The notes under the pieces were generated by a model. It searched no databases. It was not told where the DNA came from and worked only from the letters and a program-made list of their open reading frames with translations. This document shows, piece by piece, positions 48,298 through 60,573 of a stretch of DNA of 64,000 nucleotides; the stretch's first letter is position 1, and each line of letters starts with the position of its first letter. The translations under genes and the position numbers were made by a program. The stretch is from Octopus bimaculoides. Taxonomy: Eukaryota. The stretch is from assembly GCF_001194135.2 (NCBI RefSeq), contig NC_068995.1:36828777-36892776 (forward strand), written 5' to 3'.

Positions 48298-49506
48298 AAT
48301 AGAAACACCTAACATCATAGCATCATAATTTTGAAATATCTATAAAACTGTCAAAAGCTTGTTTATTTTTATGTCTTTTGATTTATTATTAGTGTTGCTT
48401 AATATGTTTTGCTAAAATTGCTGTTTCTTTTCAGATATAATCAGAAAAAGGTAATTAAAATTCATTAAAATGACAGATCTATCAGACTTTCAAAGAGGTC
48501 AAATTGTTGGTGTTCATATGGCAGGTGCTAGCGTAATGAAAACAGCCAAAATGTTTGGTGTATCAAGAAGTATTGTCTCGAAAGTAATGATAGCCTTTGA
48601 GAAAGAGGGAAAAAACCTCCTTGTCGAAACAAAACTCTGGAAGAAAACCAAAACTTTCAGATAGGGACCGTCGGACTCTTACGTGAATTTTTAGAAAGGA
48701 TCACAAAAATACAGCTCCCAAAATTACTACAGTGTTTAATGACCATCTCAAGAACCCAGTTTTCACAAAAACTGTTTGCTGGGAGCTGCACAAAGCGGGA
48801 TTTCACGGGAGGGCTGCAATCAGAAAACCACTACTTTCAAAAACAAACGTTGCAAAGCTTTCAGAGTGGAGTAAAATCTACAGAATTGGTCCCTTGAGTC
48901 ATCCATTACCCTATTTCTGACCACCAGCTGAGTATACGTGTGGAGACAGCCAAAAGAAGCATTTGACCCAGACTGCCTTCTTCCAACTGTTAAACATGGA
49001 GGAAGATCTATGATGATTTAGGGTGGGGGGCTATATCTTGGAAATCCGCCAACCCAATGGTTTCCCTTCATGGCAGAATTAATAGTCAAGAGCATTTTAT
49101 CTAATCAAATTCATCCTATGTTTGTGGAACTGTTTCTGGAGGGAAACACAATCTTTCAGGATGATAATGCACCAATTCACACAGCTAAAGTTGTTACTAA
49201 ATGGCATGAGGAACATTCTAGTGAAGTTCAACATCTTATCTGGCCACCACAATCCCCAGATCTCAATATCACTGAGCATTTATGGTGCATTTTAGAAAAA
49301 CAAGTAAGGAGTCAATATCCTCCACCATTATCACTTCAAGAACTGGAGACTGTTTTAGCTGAAGAATGGACAAAAATTCCTTTGGAAACAATTCAAACTT
49401 TGTACGAGTCCATACCTCATAGAATTCAAGCTGTAATTACTGCCAAAGGTGGTCTACCTCATATTAAAATAAATTTGTTTGATATTTCAAGGTGATTCCA
49501 TTATTT
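48298..49506 (+). mobile_element. Tc1-family (DD34E) transposon, near full length, frameshifted; transposase remnant 48470-49495
   Basis: HTH start MTDLSDFQRGQIVG; FQDDNAPIH and WPPQSPDLNITEHLW; partial TIRs aatagaaacacct / aggtgattccatt; left end lies in a gap. Confidence 0.92.
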
Positions 49507-50254
49507 CATATACATATATATATATATAAATATATATATATATGCGTGTGTGTGTGTGTATATTTATGTGTGTCTTTGTGTCTGAGTTTGTACCTTCACC
49601 ATCACTTGAGAACTGATGTTGGTGTCTTTATGCTTGTAACTTAGCAGTTTGGTCAAAGACACCGATAGAATGAGTACTAGGCTTACGAAGAATAGGCCCT
49701 GGGGTTGATTTCTTCAGCTAAAAAAACCCATTAAGGTGGTGCTCCAGCATGACCACAATTAAATGACTGCAACAAGTAAAAGAATAAAAAATATATATCT
49801 ATCCACTGCTGTTAATGACATCAGCTGGAGACTATAACAGTAGCCACTGTAAGTGACTAGCTGTGAAATTGAACCTGTGACCATGTAAAGTGCAAAACAA
49901 ACTCCTTAATCACATACCCATGCCTGCACTGCTTTGAATGAATTGTCTCAAACTATGTCACTATTACTCACAACCTCACTTCCCCCCCAGCTGTTTAAGT
50001 AATAAATCTGTGCCAGTAGGGGGTCCACAGCTTAATTGATTCACAGACAGAAAAGAAGAAAATAATATTTACTTTAAGGATTTTTTTTTTTATATCTTCC
50101 CAGATTGCTGTCATAATGTTTATTTAATCTAAGATAATTAGAGACAACTTGGAACACGCATTCAGTGCAAGTTGGAGTTTAGAGCTGTGGTGATAGTAGT
50201 TGTAGTATAGTGGCAGGTGGCTGTATTATTATTATTATTATTATCATTATTATT

Positions 50255-50930
50255 AAGGAGGTAAGCTGCCAGAATCATTAGCGTGCTTAGCAGTATTTTG
50301 TCTGTCTTTAATGTTCTGAGTTCAAATTCTGTTGAGGTCAGCTTTGCTTTTCGTCCTTTCGGGGTTGATTAAATAAGTACCAGTTATGTACTGAGGTCGA
50401 TGTAATCGACTTACATCCCCCCACCCAAATTTCAGATCTTGCACCTATAGCAGAAAAGATTATTATTATTATTATTATTATTAAGGCAGCAAGCTGGCAG
50501 AATTGTTAGCATGCTGGGCAAAATACCTAACGGCATTTCATCTGCCTTTATGTTCTCAGTTCAAATTCGTTGAGGTCAACTTTGCCTTTCCTTCTTTCGG
50601 AGGTCGATAATTAAAGTACCAGTGAAACACTGGGGTTGATGTAATCAACTAGTCCCCTCCCCAAAATTTCAGGCCTTTTGCCTTTAATAGAAAGGATTAT
50701 TATTATTATTATCATTATCATTTTTAATAAGCCAGTGAGCTGGCAGAATCATATTTTGTCTGTGTTTACGTTCTGACTTCAAATTCCACTGAGGTCGACT
50801 TTACCTTTCATCTTCTCAGGGTCAATAAAATAAATACCAGTTGAACACTGGAGTTGATGAATTGACTTACCCCATCCCCTAAAATTGCTGGCCTTGCGCC
50901 AAAATTTGAAACCCTTATTATTATTAGAGT
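50255..50930 (+). mobile_element. SINE family C: three head-to-tail copies
   Basis: Units start at 50255, 50483 and about 50728, each right after an (ATT)n tract. Confidence 0.85.
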
Positions 50931-52281
50931 ATTGGACAAAATGCTTTGATATTTGTCACAGTTTTTTTGCAAGGCTTGATAATATAAAGTACCAGTCAGT
51001 ACTGTTACCCCAGTCAGTGCTTTTACAGGGATCAATAGTATCAGCTAATACCCCCAGTCCTAAAAATTATCAGTGAACATTCAAGCTGGATGAATTATCA
51101 GCACATAAGATAAAAAATATTAGTGGCATCTCTTTCGGCTCTTTATGTTCTGAGTTCAAATCCTGCCAAGGTTGGCATAGCTTTTCATTTTCCTTTTGTC
51201 AATAGAATAACATGCCAGTCAAGTACTGGTCCCCTTTCCTCAAAATTGCTGGCCTTATGCCAAAATTTGAGACCATTATTATAATTTTTATTGAGTGAGA
51301 GAGCAGCACATGCCATCAAAATGACACTGGGGTACAAATATATGAAGCTCAATATATTCATCATGACTACCCATCTGATAAGGGTACACCAAGCACATGC
51401 ATCACAACCATAACCTTGCAGGTGGGGTTCAGTTAAAATTTCTTTAGGTCAAGTAACCCATCCTACTCAGAAAGTCCCTGAATAAGGGTTGTTTAAGGAT
51501 TATAAACGAAACACCCATGTTTCCAGGGGTGAATTATTCAAACCCCAAAGAATTCCTCTCAGTATATGGCAATGATGCTCCCCTACTACTTCTGCTCTTG
51601 ATCAGAGATGCACATATCATCAGCCACCAAGGGACATGCTTAACTGGTTTTGGTCAAACAACTGACAAGCTAATCTGTGGTATTGAGCAGGATATTTGCT
51701 GTAGCCCATCTTTTACACCAAGACAAAACATGCTCATAACACTTGCAATCAGTTAAGGTCAGAAGCCATGAGAGCCACTGTTTGGTACTGCATTAGGGCA
51801 TTAATATTATTAGTCACCGCACCAGTGGAGCACTAACAGCACTGTCGAGCGTGTTCATTGTCAGAGCAGCTGTCTGGCTTCTGTGCTAGTGGCCCGTAAG
51901 TAGCACCATTTGAGCATAATCGTTACCAGCGTTGCCTTCTAACACTTGTGCTGGTGGCACGTTATAAAATCATTCGAGCGAGGTCATTGCCAGTGCCGCT
52001 GGACTGGCTCCCGTGCAAACACCTTTTTGAGCGTGGCTGTTGCCAGTACCATGTGACTGGCCCTCTTGCCAGTGGCACATAAAAGCACCCACTACACTCT
52101 CGGAGTGGTTGGCATTAGGAAGGGCATCCAGCTGTAGAAACTCTGCCAGATCAGACTGGAGCCTGGTGCAGCCTTCTGGCTTGCCAGTCCTCAGTCAAAT
52201 CGTCCAACCCATGCTAGCATGGAAAGCGGACGTTAAACGATGATGATGATGACGATGATTATTATTATTATTATTATTATT

Positions 52282-52720
52282 GAGGTGGAGAGCTGGTAGA
52301 ATCATTGGCATGCTAGATGAAAGGCCTAGTGGTATTTCGCCCGTCACTACATTCTGAGTTCAAATTCCACCAAGGTTGACTTTGCCTTTCATCCTTTTGG
52401 GATCGATAAATTAAGTATCAGTGAAACACTGGGGTCAATGTAATTGACTAGTCACCTTCCCCCAAATTTCAGGCTTTGTGTCTTTAGTAGTAAGGATTAT
52501 TATTATTACTATTAAGGCAGTGAGTTGGCAGGATTGTTAGCATACTGAGCAAAATGCTTCACAACATTTTGTCTGTCTTTATGTTCTGAGTTCAAATTCT
52601 GCTGAGGTCAACTTTGCCTTTCATCCTTTCAGGATCGATAAATTAAGTACCAGTTGAGCACTGCAGTTGACTAGTCCTCCTCCCAAAATTTCAGGCCTAG
52701 TGCCTAGAGTGGAAATTCTT
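52282..52720 (+). mobile_element. SINE family C: two head-to-tail copies following a family A tail
   Basis: Units start at 52282 and 52513. Confidence 0.82.
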
Positions 52721-52995
52721 CTTCTTCTTCTTTTGTCCCAAGGAAACCCTTATCAAGTAAACCTAGTTTAGAGGCTTTCCAGTTGTGATCATTACATATG
52801 TTCATTATCCATTTCATATATATAGCTATGTTCATTATTCATTTACCAACCCCAGACAAGACAGGCTTCACAAATAAATACCTCTTCAGATCTCATAATC
52901 CTACACTACCAAACCAAGTATATAGGCACAGGCGTGGCTGTGTGGTAAGAAGCCTGTGAGTGGATTTGGTAGATGGAAACTGAAAGAAGCCTGTC

Positions 52996-53033
<38 letters not shown>

Positions 53034-53862
53034 TTGCCTNNNNNNNNNNATATATGTATTTGCCTAAGGTGTCACACAGTTGGACTGAACCTGGAACCAT
53101 GTGGTTGGGAAGCATAATATTTTGCTTAAGCATTGTGATGCTAATAACCTAGTGTTAATAACCTGATATAAAGCTTAGTACTTATTCTTTCTGTCTCTTT
53201 TGCTGAACTGCTAAGTCACGGGGATGTAAACACACCAACACCAGTTGTCAAATGGTGATGGGAGACAAACACATACACAAAGACACACACACACATAGAT
53301 ATATGCATATACATACGATGGGCTTCTTTCAGTTTCCTTCTACCAAATCCACTCACAAGACTCTGGTCAGCTTGAAGCTATAGTAGAAGACACTTGCCCA
53401 AGGTGCCACAGAGTGGGACTGAACCTGGAACCATGTGGTTGAGAAGCGTAATATTTTGCTTAGGCATTGTAATGCTACTAACCTAGTGTTAGTAACCTGA
53501 TATAAATGAAAATGTTTACCTAAATAATTAGCTCTGATGAAGCTATAAGATGATACTCGAGCACTCAGCTATGAGTGCATTGCACCTTATAGCAGAAACA
53601 ACTGTTAGCTAATGAAGTTTGCTACATAGTTGTTTATTTACTTTGTCATCCCAATTTGTTATATATATATTTATATATATGTGTTTGTGTTTGTTTTGTT
53701 CCCATGGTTTTTCGTTCAGTGGTTTGCGAAAAATGATTGTTAAAATAAGTACCTGGCTTTGAAAATAAAAATAAATACTGGGGTTGATTTGTTCAATTAA
53801 ACCCATCAAAGTGATGTCTCAGCATGGTCACAGTTTAATGAGTGAAACAAACAGAAGACAAA

Positions 53863-54064
53863 AGATAAGATGCCATATGCTACTGGTTCTTTGCATGGCC
53901 TATCTATAGATATACATTATTGTGCTGAGTTGCCTGATGTATTATTCATGTGGTGTATAAACAAATGTCACGACTGCTTGGTGATGTCAATGTGAAGACG
54001 CACACAGAATCAGACAGACACACACATGGACATACACACATACATGAATATATACATGTGTACA
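53863..54064 (+). repeat. About 200-bp direct repeat, second copy at 55537-55738, on either side of an assembly gap
   Basis: First about 135 bp identical, then a few differences. Confidence 0.9.
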
Positions 54065-56079
54065 TAGAGGCATATGTATGTACATACATATATTACATAT
54101 ACATATACACATACTTACAATTATGCATGCATACTAGACTAACAGTTTAAAAAGGTTTTCCCCGGTCTAAGAAAAGTCTCTCTCTTGATATACATATGCA
54201 TACATATCTTGAGATNNNNNNNNNNNNNNNNNNNNNNNNNNNNNNNNNNNNNNNNNNNNNNNNNNNNNNNNNNNNNNNNNNNNNNNNNNNNNNNNNNNNN
54301 NNNNNNNNNNNNNNNNNNNNNNNNNNNNNNNNNNNNNNNNNNNNNNNNNNNNNNNNNNNNNNNNNNNNNNNNNNNNNNNNNNNNNNNNNNNNNNNNNNNN
54401 NNNNNNNNNNNNNNNNNNNNNNNNNNNNNNNNNNNNNNNNNNNNNNNNNNNNNNNNNNNNNNNNNNNNNNNNNNNNNNNNNNNNNNNNNNNNNNNNNNNN
54501 NNNNNNNNNNNNNNNNNNNNNNNNNNNNNNNNNNNNNNNNNNNNNNNNNNNNNNNNNNNNNNNNNNNNNNNNNNNNNNNNNNNNNNNNNNNNNNNNNNNN
54601 NNNNNNNNNNNNNNNNNNNNNNNNNNNNNNNNNNNNNNNNNNNNNNNNNNNNNNNNNNNNNNNNNNNNNNNNNNNNNNNNNNNNNNNNNNNNNNNNNNNN
54701 NNNNNNNNNNNNNNNNNNNNNNNNNNNNNNNNNNNNNNNNNNNNNNNNNNNNNNNNNNNNNNNNNNNNNNNNNNNNNNNNNNNNNNNNNNNNNNNNNNNN
54801 NNNNNNNNNNNNNNNNNNNNNNNNNNNNNNNNNNNNNNNNNNNNNNNNNNNNNNNNNNNNNNNNNNNNNNNNNNNNNNNNNNNNNNNNNNNNNNNNNNNN
54901 NNNNNNNNNNNNNNNNNNNNNNNNNNNNNNNNNNNNNNNNNNNNNNNNNNNNNNNNNNNNNNNNNNNNNNNNNNNNNNNNNNNNNNNNNNNNNNTATATG
55001 TATGTATGTATGTGTGTGTATATGTTTGTGTGTCTGTGTTTGTCCCCGGTTTGGCAAAAGAGACCGATAGAATAAGTACTAGGCTTACAAAGAATAAGTT
55101 CTGGGGTCGATTTGCTCAACTAAAGGCGGTGCTCCAGCATGGCTGCAGTCAAATGACTGAGACAAGTAAAAGAGTATATATATATATATATATCATCATC
55201 ATCGTTTAACGTCCGCTTTCCATGCTAGCATGGGTTGGATGATTTGACTGAGGACTGTTGAACCAGATGGCTACACCAAGCTTATATATATATAAATTGT
55301 CAGTAGCTCATATGTCTGAAGAAGAAGCATTAGAGCAGTAATGTATTTTTTAATTTTTTTTAGGAAAGACAACAAGCAGGCAGAAATGTTTGCACTTTGG
55401 GTGAAATGCTTAGTGGTATTTCGTCTGTCTTTACTTTTCGAGTTCAGATTCCGCCGAGGTCAACTTTGCCTTTCATCCTTTCGGGGTTGAAAAATTAAGT
55501 ACTAGTTGCGTATTGGGGGTGGTCAATCTAATCTCCAGATAAGATGCCATATGCTACTGGTTCTTTGCATGGCCTATCTATAGATATACATTATTGTGCT
55601 GAGTTGCCTGATGTATTATTCATGTGGTGTATAAACAAATGTCACGACTGCTTGGTGATGTCAATGTGAAGACACACAGAGAATCAGACAGACACACACA
55701 TTGACATACACACATACATGAATATATACATGTGTACATGTGCCTAGAGTAGAAAAGAATATGTTGTTTTTTTTTATTTTAGGAAAGGAAAAGCAATGAG
55801 CTGGCAGAAACATTAACATGCTGGGTAAAATGCGTAGCTGTATTTCGTTTGTCTTTACGTTCTGAGTTCTGATTCCACCGATGTTGACTTTGCCTTTCAT
55901 CCTTTCGGGGTCAATAAATTAAGAACCAGTTGTGTACTGGGTCGATCTAATCAACTGGCCCCCTCCCCCTCCCCCCAAATTTCAGGCCTCATGCCTAGAG
56001 TGGAAATGAATATATTTTTTAGGAAGTTAAAACTTATGGCTGGTCAGTCACTCTATGACTGGCCATAACTTTTAATTTC

Positions 56080-56113
<34 letters not shown>

Positions 56114-56117
<4 letters not shown>

Positions 56118-56342
56118 GTTGTCTTGAAAGTTTGTGCCGATTTATAGTAGTTTACCTTTCGACTTATTTGCCATGAAACCACCTCAATTCTTGGAAGGTG
56201 GGTATTTTCAAGTTAAAGGAAAGATGGAGATGCATTGTGCAACAAAATGGTTCATATTTGGTTGATTAAAAATGTAATGGCGAGTATTTATTGACCTTTT
56301 TCTTTCCTTTAAAAATCGGCATAAACTTTCTGGACAATCCAA
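56114..56342 (+). mobile_element. Mariner-derived MITE
   Basis: About 30-bp TIRs (TTGGGTTGTCTTGAAAGTTTGTGCCGATTT), TA flanks, internal ERWRCIVQQNGSYLVD-stop transposase end. Confidence 0.88.
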
Positions 56343-56863
56343 TACACACACACACAAACACACACATATGCACACACACATATATACACACGTACAACTA
56401 TCTGTATGATATCTCTCGCTATCTCTCTCTCTCTCTTTTTCTATCTATCTATCTATCTATCTATATATATACATATACTAGGTTGAATCAAAAGCTTTTT
56501 AGGATTTTCACTGTTGATTTTTTTTATTTTCAGATACAACATATAAACATTAATTGTTTATTCTTTGCTTTATATCCTAGTGTTGGATATATAATTTAAC
56601 GAAGCAGTCGATTCTTAGACTGGGTGTTGTGTTGTGTTCTTGAGCAAAGCACTTCATTTCATGTTGATCTGTAATCATTTTGTCATCTTACAGGTGGCAC
56701 CCATTTCACTTGTACTGGTAATGTCGATTTGGTGGAGAGAGTGAGCTAACATACAACACAAACATTTGATCACTATAAACAAATCATCTGTGTGGTTGTT
56801 TAGTAAGAAATTGTCGAACCCTCATACGGCGTCTAATGATGGGAGAGTCTATCATATATATAT

Positions 56864-56903
<40 letters not shown>

Positions 56904-56916
56904 TGTAAAAAGTGGG

Positions 56917-56952
56917 TTTTTGACATTTTGAGCATAGCTCTTCATCAGGAAG
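56917..56952 (-). ncRNA. Degenerate type I hammerhead (CTTC-CTGATGA-A-GAGC-TAT-GCTC-AAAAT-GT-C-AAAAA)
   Basis: Canonical core; both deviations from GCTCGAAACGTC fall at CpG sites. Confidence 0.6.
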
Positions 56953-58647
56953 GAAAAAGGGAAAAGTCCAAAGACTGTTGCTGCTATGATGTCAGATATG
57001 TTATTAGTGTTTTTAGTACTAGTGGTGGTGGTGGTGGTGGAGGTGGTGATGGTGATGGTGATAATGGTTGACATGTTTTTGTTGTTGGTGGTGGTGGTTG
57101 CATTGGTATCAACTTTGATGGTGGTGGTGGTATTCCTGTTTGTGGAGATGTTGATATAATGTTGTAGTTGTTGCTGAGCATTGTGGTGTTAATGGGATGT
57201 AGAGAGTGATAGCGGTGATGTTGGTAGTGGTGGTCATGGTGGCAGCAGTAGTTATGGCGGTGTTGGTGGTTCTGCTACTGTTGCTACTGCTGCTGCTGCT
57301 GATGATGATGCTAGCAATGATGATGGTTGGTGTTATTATTTTAGAGATGATACTGGAGATAGATAATCGCTTCAGATTCACATCCAGCAGGATTTAACTA
57401 TTTGTCTATTTACAGCTCCCTATCACAGACCCCCTAACCTTGTCTTTTTGACTCTCTCCCCCCCCAGTTATTTCCAACTCCTTCCTCCCTCTCTTTTCCT
57501 CCTTCTCTCCCTCCTTCTCTCCCTTCCTCTCTCCCTCATGTCTTTTTTTCCCCAATCTGTCTCTCTGACACTCCCACAAACTTCATCCATTCATCTACTC
57601 CACCCACCCTGCCTATCTATCTGTCTGTCTGTCTGTCTGTCTGCCTGCCTGTCTGAATGCCTATCCATCTATATATCTGTCTGTCTGCTGTCAGTTAGTC
57701 TGTTTATGTATGTATGTATGTATCAATCCATCTACCTGTCTGTCTCTATCTATCTATCTATCTATAGGTCCATTCATCCATCCATCCATCCATATTACAG
57801 TTACCACAATTTATAGTTAGTTAACCCTCTACCACCTACACCCCATAGCAGGGGGCTCTCTACTGAGTGAAGCAAAGTAAAGGGTTTCAGTCAGGAGTTG
57901 TTGGTTTAATCTGAGACAAATCAAAGCTTGACTGATTAAGGTGAAACTAAGCTGTATGTAATCTAAGCTATTGTTTTAAGAAACAAGTCATAATTTTAAA
58001 CAAGAAAACAAAAGTAAATGGATGGCCTGTTGGTGAAGTTTGAGGTGATGTTATTGTAAAAATTGATTTTGAACTGGGGGGTGGGGTATAGTAATTAAAA
58101 AGGTGAAAAACTGGATGTTTTATATTCCTTTCTCCCAGCATAATCACCATCATCAACAGACATTCACACAGACACACACACACACATTTCTCCCCCTCCC
58201 CATACATGTGCACACATGGTCTAACCATATGGTTTCATTCCTAACCACATGGTTTTGGGTTCAGTCCCACTGCATGGCACTTTGGGCAAACATCTACTAC
58301 TATAGCTCTGGGTGGATCAAAGTCTTATGTGGATTTAGTAGATGGAAACTGCAAGAAGCCCATAGAATATCATCACCATCATCATTCTTAAATGTCCGTT
58401 TTCCATACTGGCATGGGTTAAATGGTTTGATTGGAACTGGTAAGCTGGAGAGCCGCACCAGGCTCCTGTTGTCTGTTTTGGCTTGGTTTCTATGGCTTTC
58501 CTAATGCCCTTCCTAATGCCAACCGCTTTGTGTGATGGGTGCTTTAACATCACATCGGCACAGGACTCTTACCTTCCGATCTTCTTCATCAGCAGGAGCA
58601 ACCTTGACACTTCTGCAGACCTTCTTATATATATATATATATATGTG

Positions 58648-58963
58648 TGTTAAATAAAATGAAACAACAAAGCCAAGGCTGTGTGGAATTTTCAAGATTT
58701 TTATAAAGAGAAAGTTAGTCTTACATCTGTTTCTGGGATATTAGGGATATTCCTTCTTCCCTTCATACTTCTTATTTCCATCTTTTTCCAAAATAACTCC
58801 TTATATTGAACTCTACTATTTCCTTCTATTTAACTCTCTCACATCATCTCTGATGAAGGAATATCCCTAATATCCCAGAAACAGCTGTAAGACTAACTTT
58901 CTCTTTATAAATGTCCGCAAAATTCCACACAGCCTTGGCTTTGTTGTCTCATTTTATTTAACA
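58648..58963. repeat. Inverted repeat, 109-bp arms (58648-58756 / 58855-58963), about 98-bp spacer, Penelope-like
   Basis: Arms are complementary except two single mismatches and one 7-nt patch; the left arm abuts (TA)n. Confidence 0.9.
58847..58892 (+). ncRNA. Type I hammerhead candidate with intact catalytic residues (TCT-CTGATGA-A-GGAATAT-CCCTA-ATATCCC-A-GAAAC-AGCT-GT-A-AGA)
   Basis: CUGAUGA and GAAA intact, palindromic stem III ACAGCUGU, GUA triplet, 3-bp stem I; one extra A before GAAA and one stem II mismatch. Confidence 0.68.
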
Positions 58964-59215
58964 TATACAGTGGTTGGCGTTAGGAAGGACATCCAGCTGT
59001 AGAAACTGTACCAAATCAGATTGGAGTCCTCAGTCAAATAGTCCAACCCATGCTAGCATGGAAAGCGGACGTTCAACGATGATGATGAATGATGATGCTC
59101 ATACAAGACCTGTATTAGACCCCTCACTCATTACCGAACGGAGAGTTTAACTACGGTCCTTCCATAGCACTTACATAGCCTTACTTGCCACCTTAGGTCT
59201 TCTGGATACCAATAA

Positions 59216-59252
<37 letters not shown>

Positions 59253-59614
59253 NNNNNNNNNNNNNNNNNNNNNNNNNNNNNNNNNNNNNNNNNNNNNNNN
59301 NNNNNNNNNNNNNNNNNNNNNNNNNNNNNNNNNNNNNNNNNNNNNNNNNNNNNNNNNNNNNNNNNNNNNNNNNNNNNNNNNNNNNNNNNNNNNNNNNNNN
59401 NNNNNNNNNNNNNNNNNNNNNNNNNNNNNNNNNNNNNNNNNNNNNNNNNNNNNNNNNNNNNNNNNNNNNNNNNNNNNNNNNNNNNNNNNNNNNNNNNNNN
59501 NNNNNNNNNNNNNNNNNNNNNNNNNNNNNNNNNNNNNNNNNNNNNNNNNNNNNNNNNNNNNNNNNNNNNNNNNNNNNNNNNNNNNNNNNNNNNNNNNNNN
59601 NNNNNNNNNNNNNN

Positions 59615-59663
<49 letters not shown>

Positions 59664-60247
59664 TTGTATATGTTTGTATGTCTGTGTTTGTCCCCCCAAC
59701 ATCGCTTGACAACTGATGGTGGTGTGTTTACGTCCCCCATAACTTAGCGGTCATTAAAAAGTGATGATGGTGATGGAGATGATATAAACAAGACAGGCTC
59801 GCACTCAGTTTCCACCAATCAAATTAACTTACAAGGCATTGGTTTCAATTCCTGGACCAGGTGATACATTATGTTCTTGAGCAAAAAACTGCATTTCACA
59901 TTGGACCAGTCCATTCAGCTGGCAAAAATGAGTAATCCTGCAATGGACTGGCATCCCATTCAGATGGGGAATTTATATGCCATGGAAACAAGAAAACTGG
60001 CCCTTATGAGTTCGCATGACTCGAGTAGGTATTTTTACCTTTACCTTTACCACATACTTGCAAAGCAGGTTTCTTAACCATGCAGCCATATCTGTAAAAC
60101 ACTAATAGAATATAGTTCTATCAGGGGTAGAAGCCACAGATTTGTTTGATATTTACTTAATGTGACTAAATCAAGGTTTAAATACCAACAGGTATGTGTT
60201 ACAGGTCTTTAAAATATCTATTTTTATTACTTCTGTTTATCCTAAAG

Positions 60248-60573
60248 TTCTTTGAAAGCTGCTGAAAGTCCCTGTCAGATGAACCAAGTTCTTGAAGAAA
60301 ATTTCGAAGAGAATGTTCCGGAAGCTTTACCTGAAGAACCACTTGTCACAGATGATGGATTAGATGAAAATCCTTTTGTTCCTGCTTTAGAGCTTAACCA
60401 GGTCAATGTCATTGACAATGTTCCTGCTGAAAACACACCTGTCCACAGTCCACCTGCAGAATTCACCCCTGTTGCAGATGTAGCGACTAATGTCATAATT
60501 GAAAATGTGATGAGAACAAACTTTGAGAGGAACACAGGAGCGGGGATTTTGATAACTGGTCAAAACATCACCA
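60248..60573 (+). CDS. CCDC81: Probable CCDC81 exon 6, acidic/Pro-rich linker (SLKAAESPCQMNQVLEENFEE...GQNIT)
   Basis: Open frame whose phase fits exon 5; GTAAGT donor; acceptor is AAG (weaker); little recognisable homology. Confidence 0.65.

Larger units (their letters stand above)
26542..60573 (+). other. CCDC81: Gene span (3'-incomplete): CCDC81; join(26542-26608,37276-37337,38192-38345,42121-42377,47265-47335,60248-60573)
   Basis: Phases chain (1-0-1-0-2-1). The translation follows my recollection of the CCDC81 N-terminal HU-like domains (IW..VS.F...Q..LHKGV.I...GTF.F; RPVF; N...I.....F.RDV.E.CVKE; KM.FYK.F....D.SG.L). Confidence 0.9.

Noticed and set aside
53066-53505. About 105-bp direct repeat (53066-53171 and 53400-53505)
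   Set aside because: An old local duplication of a SINE end plus flank, next to a gap; no further structure
9202-59740. Long ORFs in the track that contain X runs (e.g. 21117-22115, 40255-41593, 43811-44555, 44849-46199, 54139-55209, 59131-59740)
   Set aside because: They are open only because N gaps contain no stops; only the RTE, Tx1 and Gypsy RT fragments at their edges are meaningful
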